Source: Eledone cirrhosa
Taxonomy: Eukaryota
NCBI GenBank assembly: GCA_964016885.1
Contig: OZ024743.1
Span: 51,956,001 to 52,020,000 of the forward strand
Reading direction: 5' to 3'
DNA: 64,000 nt
The notes beneath the pieces were generated by a model. That model saw only the letters and a list, made by a program, of their open reading frames with translations. It was not told the origin of the DNA and made no database searches. The translations under genes were made by a program, and so were the position numbers. Shown here piece by piece: positions 27,701 to 39,037 of the stretch; the first letter of the stretch is position 1; the number at the start of each line of letters is the position of its first letter.

Positions 27701-28926
27701 TTATCTGCTTCAGCAGGAAGAGCCCAACCAGGTCCGTTACCTGTGCTGAGTCGCTGGAGCCCATCGTGATGTCAAAGTTATTTGGCCAATCACTCCTGGT
27801 CCAAAGGTCTCCATCGAAACGGATTAAGGTCTTTCTTGCGGCGTGGATGATGCTCACCTCCTCTCGGGTTAGGTCCGTGTTGGACATCGCTAAAAATAGG
27901 GCCTTATTGAGTACTATGGGTGAGATTGAGGAGTAGTAGCCTGCGATATCCAGTTGTATAAAGCTGGTCTTACTTTTCTCATGTAGTATCTTAAACCATT
28001 CTATTACCTCTCCCGTGCATGACCATTGCTGTAATTTAGTTTTCTTCCGAAGCTTGGGCAAAATCATATCTAGTATTCTTTTACTGACGATCCCTAGGTC
28101 AGATCTGGAGGGGGGCTATTAGTCTGAAAGGGAGGTCGGACTCAAAGTTTGGCTTGTGATCTTTCAGGGTAATCCGCGGCTCCCTTGGTTGGTATGGGGC
28201 CGTCCTGTCCTCTATGCCGAGTCCAGATATAATCCTGTAAGCTGTGGCATTGATCTCATCCAGGGTAAATCCAGGTGTTTTTTGTAGCACTTCCTCACTT
28301 CCCTGAGAATTATCTTATTATACAGTTCAGTGTTCATGTTGTAGAGGTTGTTGGCTTTGTCAGCATGGACAAGTATTCCAGTTGTCTCTTTAAGTACTGT
28401 AATCCGGTTTCTCAGGTGTCTGAGGTACTCCTGACTTCTGGTTGGGTTTCCGGAGAATTTGAGGTTGGATATGATGTTAATCATCTCGTTTTCAAACTCT
28501 TCCATTAGTCTGTTGTGGGAGGGCGGGTCCTCCTTGATCGAAAAAGGTACTCCATGTTTTGCGTGTTGGCAATTTTTTGCGTTCCTCTTTCGAAGTGGAA
28601 CGCTTTCCATCTCATCCTACGGACGAGGGAGTCCGTACTCTTGATGAGATCACTGGTGTATTCTCGTTTGTCAGGTAGGGGGGGGGGTCCTTCAGTGACG
28701 CTAAGGTTGCCAGTTTTTCCATAGTGACTTAAGTCCGCTACTGTTTGAAGCGCTCAACCCGTGGGGGAGCTAGATAAATTTTGAGTATATGTTGGTTGTA
28801 TATCAACACCTCAGTATGCAGATTGGAGCACTCGACGAAGTGCGCAGGTTGGTTTGCTTACTCTGGAGTAATGTAAAATAAAATAAAATAAATAAGTCAA
28901 ATGTTTAAAATTTGGCTTCGTTTATT

Positions 28927-28982
28927 ACTGCTATATATATTTTCGGTGACAGCCATCTTTGGCTGTGACCTCTTCAGGCAGT
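28927..28982 (-). ncRNA. Type I hammerhead ribozyme in the 5' pLTR of PLE 1
   Basis: ACTGC CTGAAGA GGTCACAGCCA-aaga-TGGCTGTCACC GAAA ATATATA TA GCAGT. Confidence 0.8.
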
Positions 28983-29349
28983 CCGAATTAGTGTGGTAGA
29001 GACGAGTACACATGTTTTTGAGGTGTATAACTTTGTCAATACTCTGATATGCCCAGTTCCTGGTTGGGTTGTTATTTCACTGAGGAACTGGAATCATATG
29101 AATTCAAACAAACGAATTTCAGCGTCAAAGGGTCTCTTCTCCTCTCATTGGTCAGTTGTTAGAACATTCCTCAGTCAAAAGTCTATAGAAATTCGTTCTG
29201 AGGCAAGCCAATCTGTAGTTGTTGTTCTTGTTATTGTTAGGTACATCTGACCTCTATTCTTGTGTTGGTAGTGATTTTGTTCCTTTACCATCTTATTCCT
29301 TCTACCACTTTATCACATTTTTTTTAACTGACTCCAACAATAACAATTA

Positions 29350-32254
29350 CTTGCCATAACGTCACAACATATAGAAATTATAACATTTAACATTTTCATA
29401 AGAATATATTTAAAGCATAAAGCACAAAAAAAAAACTCTTTCATAAGAATATATTTATAAAATATATTTAAAGTATAAATTTTAGGTTATACCACATATA
29501 CATAAAAATCACTAAGTTTATCATATATATATATAAACATTTGGATATATATGTATTAAGCATTTGAAAAATATAAGAATATAGAAATATAAAATACACA
29601 ATATAATACCGGTAGAGGAATTAAAAAAAAATTTTCCTTAATTCATTCAGTAGGTTTATCAAGAAAAATCTTTTCAAGAAAAAATTATATTTTCTTTAAG
29701 GGAGTTACAAGCAGTCATATAAAAGGAATCTAATGATTTATCGATAGATGTGATAATAATAGAGGATATTATGTAAAAGAGATGAGTTATATATTACATT
29801 TTATATATATATTTAAACGTTGAATTCAACCGATGTTTACAAGAACTAAATTATTCCTTAAATTAACAGAATTCTTACTTTTTAATATAAAGAATATTTC
29901 CTCTATACAAAGAGCACAATTTTCAGATGAAGCATTTAATGAAGGAGCTTTGGAGATAATATTCCAAAGTAAAGAATAGTTAATGTTCTTTGATTTTAGG
30001 TCCCATAGTAAATTAGATAGAGAAGTTGAAAATTTTTTACTAATATTCGTAAAAGAGCATTTATGGTTATTAAAACGGGACTTAAAATCTGTGGAGGTAG
30101 AGCCTACATAATTAAAGGAATTTATATTAGTTTTTACATTACAATTGTATACTATATTTTTAACTAAACAATTATTATTTAGAGGACAATTAGATTATTT
30201 CTACAGTTACATTTATCTAAATTTAAGTTACTATGAGCCGTACTATTATATTGGATATTGCTAGGGTTATTAATGGTATTCTGGTTAGGTTTTAAGTTTC
30301 TATTATTAATTCTATTAATATTCTGCGCTAAATTACGATAATTTTATAGTATGTCTATTAAATATTGAGTAATACCTATGTGTTCTAGGAAAGCATTTAT
30401 CTAGAGCTTTAAAGAATAATTTAGCAATAGGAGTTTTAATACTTAATGAGAAAGGGGGAGCGAACCATAATATATTCCTAGTTCTATTTCTTTTTTGTTT
30501 TTCGAGTTATTGTAAGGTTTTCTATTATAGTTTTTTTTATTTATGGTTAGTTGGCACATCATATTATCAATGTATTTAATTTTATTACTATATCCAGCTC
30601 TACATAACACTTCGTTATAATATTGTGCTTTATCTTCAAAAATATTCTTATTAGCTGAAATTCTAGAAATACGTTGCTGCACAGAATTTACTATAGTGTT
30701 TTTAACGGATCTGGGGTGATTGGAATTAAAGTTAACATAGTTTAAGTTCTCATTTATTTTGTGAAATGGATAATAAAGACCAGTGTTAAGGTTTAAAGTT
30801 ACATCTATAAAGTTAACTATTTTATAATTATTCTCTACTTCTACTTTAAGAGTAAGGCAATTAAAAAATTGTATAATTTCTTTTCTTTTCCTATTTATTT
30901 CACAGTTATTATTATTTTCTATAAGTAATAGCATATCGTCACGATATAAACCTCCGGTCATCTCCGGTAATTTCCTATGTAGAGTATTATTAATAAAAAG
31001 CCCCACAAGATCCGTTATTTGTGCGGAATTGGATGACCTCTTAGTAATATTGAAATTACTAACTCTGTCTGCTTAGTCCAGAGTTGGTTGCTAAATTTAA
31101 TTAATGTTTTCCGTTCAGTTAAGATAATGTGCATTTCATTACTAGTTAAGTCTGTATGTTTAAATGTATATGTGAGGGCTTTATTAAGTAGATTAGGAAT
31201 AATGGATTAGTAATAATTAGCAATATCCAATTGAATAAATTTATTATTATAGTTATATTTAATGTCCTTAAACCAGTCGATAACTTCATTAGTCCCTTTC
31301 CATAATTTTAAATAAGATAATTCCTTAATTTGTGGTATGATTCTGTCTAAAATAAGTATGCCAAGGTCTGATTTAGATGGTGCAATCAATCTAACTGGTA
31401 ATTCAATTTCAAAATTTATTTTATGGTCCTTCATATTAATTTTTGGTTTCCTAGGCATGAAGGGTTGTGTCCTATTTTCGATGCCTAATTCCTGCATTAT
31501 GTAAGAAGCTTCCGTATTTAGTTTTTCAAGGTCATCACTGGTTGTTTTTTTGTATTTCTTCCTTAATTCCTTCAATATAAGATCGTTATAAATATCCTTT
31601 TGCATTCCATAAAGATTGTTGGTTTTATCTGACTTGACTAGAATTTTTTCCGTTTTTTCAAAGCTTTCTATATTATTTTTGAGATTTCTTAGGTAATCCT
31701 GGCCTACGAAGTTGTTTTTTTTAAAATTTAATGCTTTGTATGATAGAGATGATCTCATTTTCAAAATCCATTAGTAGTTTGTTGGAAGGTGGATTCTTTT
31801 TGTATTTGAAGATTCTATCGAGATTGGAAATATTCTCATTCGCATCAGATTTATCGAAATGAAAAGCTCGCCACCTGAGTCTTCTTATAAATGAGTCCGA
31901 TTTTTCTATGAGTTGTTTTATAAAGTCTTTATTCCTAGGTAAAGGTATGTCCTTTAGAGAAGAAGAGATCTTAAAGAATTCCATTTTTATTCAGTTATAA
32001 TTTAAAGCGCTCAACAGTAAAGGAGCAAAATATATGCAGAGGTTATATTTAATTTGTTGGGATACAACAAGCTAAAATATTTTTATAACTGATATAAAGC
32101 ACTCAACAAATTGTTGGAGTAAATATACAATATATTAACAAATGGAAACTATATTTATAAAACCATATTTATTCTATTATACATATTTCAAGGGCCACCA
32201 AGGCAGATTATGGTGCGCTTTCATCAGATAAAATATAATACAGATTAGTTTTAT

Positions 32255-32260
<6 letters not shown>
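29350..32260 (-). mobile_element. Penelope-like element 2, AT-rich homolog of PLE 1, degraded
   Basis: ORF pieces 31984-30443: SLKDIPLP..FIRRLRWRA, KSDKTNNLY, PVRLIAP, FIQLDIANYY, GGLYRDD, SNHP. GIY-YIG IVY..YVGSTSTDFKSRFNNH at about 30060-30220. 3' boundary uncertain. Confidence 0.88.
32170..32235 (-). ncRNA. Type I hammerhead ribozyme upstream of the PLE 2 ORF
   Basis: TATTTTAT CTGATGA AAGcgCACCA..TGGTGgccCTT GAAA TATGTA TA ATAGAATA. Confidence 0.8.
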
Positions 32261-32294
<34 letters not shown>

Positions 32295-32302
<8 letters not shown>

Positions 32303-34865
32303 GAAGGAAATGTGGTAAGGAACCAGGTGGACCATAACGCACCAAAGTACTCAATACTTAGGGTAGTAGAGTGGGTAATAGGAACGAGTAGGACCCCGAC
32401 GGCTGAGCTCAAGCCGTTTCGACGGCTAATTCTGGACAGCTAATTGAGTCCAGAATTAGCCGTCGAAATAGAACACACTCACTGTTTGGTTGGTTTTCGC
32501 TTCTGTGTCTTTTATATCGGTTAATTTAATTTATTCGGTCCTCAATGTTACCATTGACTGACCAACGGTCAAAAATACAGATACAATATAGACACAAACA
32601 CATATATATAGTCTAACAAAGTTCTTTCGTTGCACATCTGCAACATCGTCAGTGGTGCTATTATGTTTCCTCCCGTTGTATTGTATGCTTACGCCATCTT
32701 TATTTAGTCTGTTTATTTATTTATTTATTTATTTATTTATATTTTTGTCTTCTCTGCGCGTGCGTTTGCGTGTGTGTATAGTGTTTTGTTTGATGTGTGT
32801 TCGTGTTTGGGTGACTGTGTATTGGTTATTGTATTCTATCTTAGTTTACTAGTGTGTGTTTATATGTGTGTGTTGTTATTGTGCTTGTGTATGTATTTAT
32901 TTATTTATACCTCTCTTAGGTCAGTGTTGTTTGTTTGGGTGTTGTTATTCCATTCATTTTTTCTGTTTAGCCTTGGCCTTCTAAGTTCTATTCGCTGGCC
33001 TCTCTGATTTGCCTATCTGCTGGGTCATTTCTATGTTTAGATATTATTCTAATTTCTATGTTGTCTATGTTACCGTCATGTTGTTGTCTGGCATGTTCGT
33101 ATAGTACTGAACCGTTTTTCGTCCTTTTAGTTCCCCCCAGTGTTGGTCTATCCTTTCACCTATGCTACGAGCTGTCTCACCTATGTATGTTGTTGTCATG
33201 TTTCTGCAAGTACCCTCCGTACATCTTATGCTATAGACTACGTTTCTAGTTTTACAGTTTATCCGGGGGTTTACTTTACATATAATACATTTCCTATTAG
33301 TACAGTGGGTTTTCTTAAAAGGGTAGGTTTTGCTGATCAGGGATTTCATGGTGGTTCCTGGCTTTTCTACCACCTTAATCTTTAAGTGGGTCTTTCTCAA
33401 GGCCTTTCTACACTGGTTAGCTAATTTCCCTCCAGGGGTAGCGTCCACAAACATGACACTCTGGTATCTCTGGTTGTCGTACCATGAGTTGGCTTTCCCT
33501 ATCTTATGTCTAGTCCTATCTAAGCTATTCCATGATTTGCTCCTGTATAATGGGCAAATTCCTTTCATGTCCATTTATATGAGGGTCTTATACTTCTCCG
33601 TGGCTCCTTCGTATACTCTGATTCTGTCTCTTTGGTTGTAGCCAGAGAACTGCATGCGGTTGATGAAGTATTGGATGTGTCTTTCCATTTCTGTTGGGTC
33701 GCACATGCGGGACACGTTCTTAATCACTCGTACCAAGTTTGCGATCAGAATATTAAACTTAGCACTACTGGACATTGCTGAGTTTTTGAGTATCAGGTAT
33801 TTTGAGGCCATGGGTTTAGTATAGTGTGAGTGGAGAATTTGGGCTCTCTCGTCTATAGTGTTAATCCAGAGTTCCGTGTCTAATACAGGTAGTCTATTGT
33901 TAGGGTGTTTGGAAGGGTAGTCGATAGTTACAGTTATACTCTGGTGTATGGAATTAGTTATCTGCTGGATGCTTTCCATTGTGCTACGTTCTAAATCAAA
34001 CTTGTTAGTACTCTCTTGTGGGGATGTCCTTATTACTATATTGATGTTGTCTACGTAACGAGAGTACATGATGAGGTCTATGGAGCTCTCATCAAGATCT
34101 TTGAGTCTCCTTTCCCACCATACCATAAAAAGGTTGGCAACGTCACCAGCTATGCTGACGCCAATGGCTGCTCCCTCATTTTTGGTGTAGATCTTCTCGT
34201 TGAATTTGAATATGTGGCCTTTTAGGGTAGTTTTGATACTAGCCACTATTGCATGTGCGACCATTTTTCTTACCTGATCATTGTTTTGGGGGGTCCGTAT
34301 AGCTTTGATCCACCCAATCCACCTTCCCATGGGAGTCTTTTTTGCCATTGAGGTTATGGTGGGGGGTCTACCTCTTATGGGTCTACTAGGGCAGAAACGT
34401 CTAAGGTCATGGCTGTCTAGGTAGTCAGTGTCATAGGTAAGTCTAAGTAGGAGACCCAGTTCGTCTGTGTCGACGTCGCAGAACTCTACCTCACTCTCAA
34501 TGATCATCTCCACACATTTTTCCACAGCAAAATCAATGTTAATGGATGGGTAAAGTGATACCACATCCATACTGCCTATTATGCAGTTGGATAAGTTCCT
34601 GTTTTTGTTGCACTCAATGATTCTTCTGAGGAGGTCCTCTGTACTGTCACATACATCTGGGGACATCTTGATTATGGGGCGTATAACCATTGAGAGGAAG
34701 TAGGAGATCCTGTAGTTGCTAGCTATATTTGTTCCGCATACAGGTCTTGTTGGTGGTCCTGTTGTCGGGTCGTCGACTGTCTTGTGGTCTTTGCGGAGCC
34801 CATACAAGGGTGGTATGCCATTGTTAGACCCTCCCCAAGTATAATAATATTTGTTTCGACACACG
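32295..34865 (-). mobile_element. Penelope-like element 3 (Naiad-like), 5'-truncated
   Basis: ORFs 33575-34864 and 33065-33574: RPVC, GSMDVVSLYPSI, GAAIG, SRYVDNI, LPVLDTELW, KPMAS, MQFSGY, FVDATPGGKL, VVEKPG, Cys-rich linker, VVY..YIGETARS..ER..H. Split by one TAA stop. Clade call is from memory of motifs. Confidence 0.85.
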
Positions 34866-34888
34866 ATTTCATATCAAAAACCTCGCAA

Positions 34889-34923
<35 letters not shown>

Positions 34924-35009
34924 TAAGTTATTCAGGGTTGAATCGGAAGTAACCACAGTAAGTAAGGTACTCAATACATAGCAGAGTATAACAGTTTTAA
35001 TATAGAAGA

Positions 35010-35056
35010 AATTCTATAGGACTAGAACTGTTTCATTCGTGAGAAATCATCAGGAT
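35010..35056 (-). ncRNA. Hammerhead motif with disrupted stem I (same pLTR family as 20180-20301)
   Basis: CTGATGA TTTCTCACGAAT GAAA CAGTTCTAGTCCTA TA; 34935-35054 aligns with 20178-20296. Confidence 0.6.
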
Positions 35057-35256
35057 GGAGGGTCTTACAGACCCTCCATCTCAATTCTACTTTTGAAAAG
35101 CAGAAGAACTGCGAAACCGGTAAAGGAACCAAATAAATATATATTTAAAAAAAAAAAGACTCCAGTTGCATTTTCGATTTCATCTCTTTTCCTTATACTT
35201 TCACTCGTGTAGGACACCTCGATTATTTTTCATTTTGTGAAAAAAACCTCACTTTC

Positions 35257-35314
<58 letters not shown>

Positions 35315-35582
35315 CATAATGATTTCTTTATTAACCACAAGGGTTTACATAAAGTAGACATTAAGGACAGTGCAGGACAATGCAGGACGGTAGAAATGGG
35401 CATTTCTGCGTGTGAAAAAACAAAAACAGAGGATGTAACAAAAATAACAATGAAAATAACAATGAAAAATTCCCCAATAGGGGGGAGACTTCGGAGGGAC
35501 ATTTGTGGAGAAAGCCCAGTAAAAAGCCACAATGACCCTGACCACCAAGGCAAGTGCCCTCTCCCAGTTTTCCACCTTTAAT

Positions 35583-38500
35583 TTACAGATATATACTCAG
35601 AGTAGGCCCATTCACTCGGGCCATTCTTGCTTCTCTCACCCATCTTTCAACAAAATGCTGGGAAGAGAGCACTTCCCTCTCTACTCTGATTTTCCTTTTC
35701 AAATGAAATTTGAAAAAGTCAATCAGAGCATCACCAAAGAGGTAAGTGCTCGTCTTCAGCCCTTTCAAACGTGTCCACCATACTATCTCTTTCGCCATGG
35801 CCACCAGACAGATAAAAACTGCCTGCCCTTCCCGGCTAAAGGAGGAGGGCGGGGCAATCCTCACGATGGACTCAGATGATAGCCGGATCCGTCCTAAACG
35901 CGACAGCAGGTGTTCGACATAAACCCACAAGTCAGCAATTTTCGGACACTGGACGAGTGCGTGCAGGACGGTTTCGTCGCCCTGATCGCATCTCGGACAT
36001 GCCCGGCTGATGGCACCTCCATGCCTGTAGAGTTTATCCCGAACTGGCAAGGCTCCTCGGTAGCACTGCCAGGCCAGAGATTTCTGGAAGTTGTCCATAG
36101 GCCCTGGCCCGAAAGTTCTTCCGAAGAGATTGGCTAGTTGATTTTCATCGACGCCTAGAGTTTCTCCAAGTACGTCGTCGCTCTTCCCCTCCACTAATCC
36201 TCTATAGAACGCCGAGGTGGAGTTTCCACCGATCACATTGCCCGATTGGTCGAGGGCTGTGAGCGCCTGAAGACATTCCAGTCTCCAGGCGCTCCCTCTC
36301 GGTTTTCGTTTGACCCAGGACTGCAGCTCCGTCAAGGAAACGAGCTGGGGAAATACGTGTCTAGCAAACGGCGACCACACCTGATCACCGTCGAGGAAGA
36401 GGTGGAGATGTCGTAGCCTGAGCGCGTGCCTGCGCATCATCAGCCACGGCATGCCCAGCCCTCCACGTAGCGGGTGTTGACAACAGATGGACCGCCTGAC
36501 CATCGGAGCGCGTCCCTTCCACAAAAAGCGAAAGAGCAAACGCTCCAGCGCAGTCAGGCGAGGCTTAGGACAAGGTACGACGGTCAGGCGGTAGCAGATG
36601 ACAGACGCGATGTACGCGTTAGCCACCTCCGCTCGACCTTTCAGGGATAGCTTCCTCTCCGCCCATTTCTGGGTGAGAGAAGCCACCCTGCTCGTCACCT
36701 CGTCCCAGTTTTTGTCCGTCTGGAGGTCCGGACCGAACCAGACCCCTAGCAATTTAACCGGTCCGTCCGTCCAGCGTCCGACGACGCTGTTGGACGGCAT
36801 GGACCTGCCTCTCCAGGTGCCGAGCTGCAGGCCCACTGACTTTTCCTGGTTGATCATTGCTCCTGTCACCGCTTCGTATTCTCTTAGTGTAGTGCCGATC
36901 GCCTCGATGTGTTTGGCGTTCGACACCACTACGGTGACATCGTCCGCATATGCTGACACGGATCTTCCGCATCCTAGTTCGCGCGGGACGCCCCTCAACG
37001 TCTCCAGTTTGTGCAGTAATGGCTCGAGAGTCAATACGTACAAGAGGGACGAGAGGGGACATCCTTGGCGGACCGAGCGCATGATGTTGAACGGTTCCGA
37101 CAGGTGACCGTTCACTCTCACCACAGAGCAGATGTCGCTGTGCATGGCAGCGATCCAGCCTCTGAAGACGGGCCCAAAGCCAGCCGCCCTCAGGACTGCC
37201 GCTAGGTAACGATGCTCGACCCTATCGAAAGCTTTCGACTGATCTAAATTGATCAAGGACCCACCCGTGCCAGGTTCCCTAGCTACCCTCTCTACGATGT
37301 ATCGCATGAGGTGGAGGTTGTCGTGGATGGATCTGTCGGGAATGGCGCATGTCTGCGCCTCTCCCACCAGACCACCAACGACAAGCGCCAACCTCTTTGC
37401 TAGCACCTTGGCCAAAATCTTGAACTCTGTGTTTAGCAGAGTTATGGGCCGGAAATTATCTATGTTATCCCCCTTGTTCGGATCCTTTCTCAGCAGTGCC
37501 ACCGCTCCTCGGCTCACAGAACTGGGAATTCTCCCGTTCTGTTGCCAGTTGCAGTAGACGTCCGCCAAGAGGCCTCCGAACAAGTCTGGCATCTGTACGT
37601 AAAGTTCATAGGGCAGACCATCCAAACCAGGCGATTTACCCCTTGTGCAGCCAGTCATTGCCTCCCTTACTTCAGCGGCTGTTATCGGCTTTTCGCAACA
37701 CTTCGCCTCAGTGGCCGAGAGCCGCGGCAGTCCGTCGAGGTAGACACTAAAGTCCATCCCTCGACCCGGCCCACCGCTGCCCCGGAACAGCTGAGCGAAG
37801 TGTCGCTGAAAAGCTTCACACATTTGCCCGGGATCGAGTAGCATGCGCCCGTCGTGGTCCACCAAAGACCGGATCGTGGCTTTGTTGCCACGACGCGCTT
37901 CCGCCACTCGGGCCCATTGAACGGCTTTCGTCCCCTCGTGTCTGAGAGCACGCACCCTTGCTCTAACAACGCAGCCTTCGTGCTTTGCATTGAAGAATTG
38001 GTCAAGGGCCAATTTCGCCGCAAGCACGTCGGTCGCAATGCCTTTGCTAAGCGCCTCGTCTAATTTTTTAACTAGTTCTCCCTCTGCTCTATTTTTCTCT
38101 ATTGCTAAAGCCTTACTAAACCTAATGGATTCTATTCTAATCGCTCTTTTCAGAGCAAACCACCACTTGTTGTTGACGATGGCCCCCGTCAACGCCCGCT
38201 TAACTAGTTCGCTAATCCGGTCTCTGTAGGCCTTGCGCGCTGGTAAGGACGCGTTTAGCTTCCAGTAGCCGGGTCCTCGTCTATGAAGCCTATCTAAGTC
38301 AAGCACACAGATCACGAATTTGTGGTCCGTGTAGCTGACTATCTTGAATTGTGGACAGCCTATGCTAGACCTATCTATTTCCCTACAAAATACTCTATCT
38401 AGATATGATCTGGATGACCCTATGCGATTTGTCCAAGTCCACATTGGCACATTCGGGAAATCCAATCGGTACCTGTCAGACAGTTCAAAACGCCTGAGCA

Positions 38501-39002
38501 GGTTGGTGAGGCTCTTGCACCCTCCACCCCTATCCGCTAATCCCACACAGTCCCAGCGTGCATCTAAGATCCCGTTCCAGTCGCCCACTAACACTAAAGA
38601 GCGGGACGTTCCAAGAAAGGTCTCCAGACGCCGGAAGAAATCAGGCCGCCCTGCTCCTGTCGGGGCATAGACGGCCACTAGCCTGAAAGCTTGCCCGTCT
38701 CCGCCGGTCACGTCCAGCACCACCAGCTTACCCTCTGGGTCCAGGAAGATGGCCCGTATGGCGAGATCCAAACCTCTCCGAAAAAGCACAGCAACTCCTC
38801 CCCCCGATCCAGGACGGCTGGGAGATGCGTACACATCGTAGCCGCCGAAGATCGGTGCGAAGGCCCGTGCTTCGGAGATTCTGGTCTCGCTGATGGCCAC
38901 TACATCTATGTTTAGTGACCTGAGGTCGTTGAGCAGGTGACCCTGCTTCCATGACGACCCCAAGCCACGCGCATTTATGCTGCCTATTCTGAGTGAGATC
39001 AT
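35583..39002 (-). CDS. ORF2: APE endonuclease + reverse transcriptase + C-terminal CCHC, intact 1139 aa
   Basis: SINARGL, ISET, VYAP, GDWN, YLDR, TDH (APE); KSPGLDG, FRPITLLN, DQSKAFDRV, VRQGCPLS, AYADD (RT); CPRC..ETVLHALVQC. Confidence 0.93.
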   Translation of the reverse strand: MISLRIGSINARGLGSSWKQGHLLNDLRSLNIDVVAISETRISEARAFAPIFGGYDVYASPSRPGSGGGVAVLFRRGLDLAIRAIFLDPEGKLVVLDVTGGDGQAFRLVAVYAPTGAGRPDFFRRLETFLGTSRSLVLVGDWNGILDARWDCVGLADRGGGCKSLTNLLRRFELSDRYRLDFPNVPMWTWTNRIGSSRSYLDRVFCREIDRSSIGCPQFKIVSYTDHKFVICVLDLDRLHRRGPGYWKLNASLPARKAYRDRISELVKRALTGAIVNNKWWFALKRAIRIESIRFSKALAIEKNRAEGELVKKLDEALSKGIATDVLAAKLALDQFFNAKHEGCVVRARVRALRHEGTKAVQWARVAEARRGNKATIRSLVDHDGRMLLDPGQMCEAFQRHFAQLFRGSGGPGRGMDFSVYLDGLPRLSATEAKCCEKPITAAEVREAMTGCTRGKSPGLDGLPYELYVQMPDLFGGLLADVYCNWQQNGRIPSSVSRGAVALLRKDPNKGDNIDNFRPITLLNTEFKILAKVLAKRLALVVGGLVGEAQTCAIPDRSIHDNLHLMRYIVERVAREPGTGGSLINLDQSKAFDRVEHRYLAAVLRAAGFGPVFRGWIAAMHSDICSVVRVNGHLSEPFNIMRSVRQGCPLSSLLYVLTLEPLLHKLETLRGVPRELGCGRSVSAYADDVTVVVSNAKHIEAIGTTLREYEAVTGAMINQEKSVGLQLGTWRGRSMPSNSVVGRWTDGPVKLLGVWFGPDLQTDKNWDEVTSRVASLTQKWAERKLSLKGRAEVANAYIASVICYRLTVVPCPKPRLTALERLLFRFLWKGRAPMVRRSICCQHPLRGGLGMPWLMMRRHALRLRHLHLFLDGDQVWSPFARHVFPQLVSLTELQSWVKRKPRGSAWRLECLQALTALDQSGNVIGGNSTSAFYRGLVEGKSDDVLGETLGVDENQLANLFGRTFGPGPMDNFQKSLAWQCYRGALPVRDKLYRHGGAISRACPRCDQGDETVLHALVQCPKIADLWVYVEHLLSRLGRIRLSSESIVRIAPPSSFSREGQAVFICLVAMAKEIVWWTRLKGLKTSTYLFGDALIDFFKFHLKRKIRVEREVLSSQHFVERWVREARMARVNGPTLSIYL

Positions 39003-39037
39003 GTTTAAAATAGAGTGGAAAAGATGGGAAAGACCAC

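Larger units (their letters stand above)
24617..29345 (-). mobile_element. Penelope-like element 1 (RT + GIY-YIG) with direct pseudo-LTRs and an inverted 5' pLTR piece
   Basis: pLTRs 24617-25012 and 28875-29273 are near identical; 29275-29345 is the reverse complement of 25015-25085. RT motifs FIQLDIAGYY, MGSSDSAQVTDLVG, GGLYRDD, FLDTTLNL, SNHP. CNCR..CPL..C linker and VY..YIG GIY-YIG at about 26330-26470. Frameshifted; probable start MEKLATLASLKD at 28722. Confidence 0.9.

Noticed and set aside
32940-34864. Selenocysteine recoding as reported for some Naiad PLEs
   Set aside because: The only in-frame stop between the two ORFs is TAA, not TGA, and I saw no SECIS-like hairpin.
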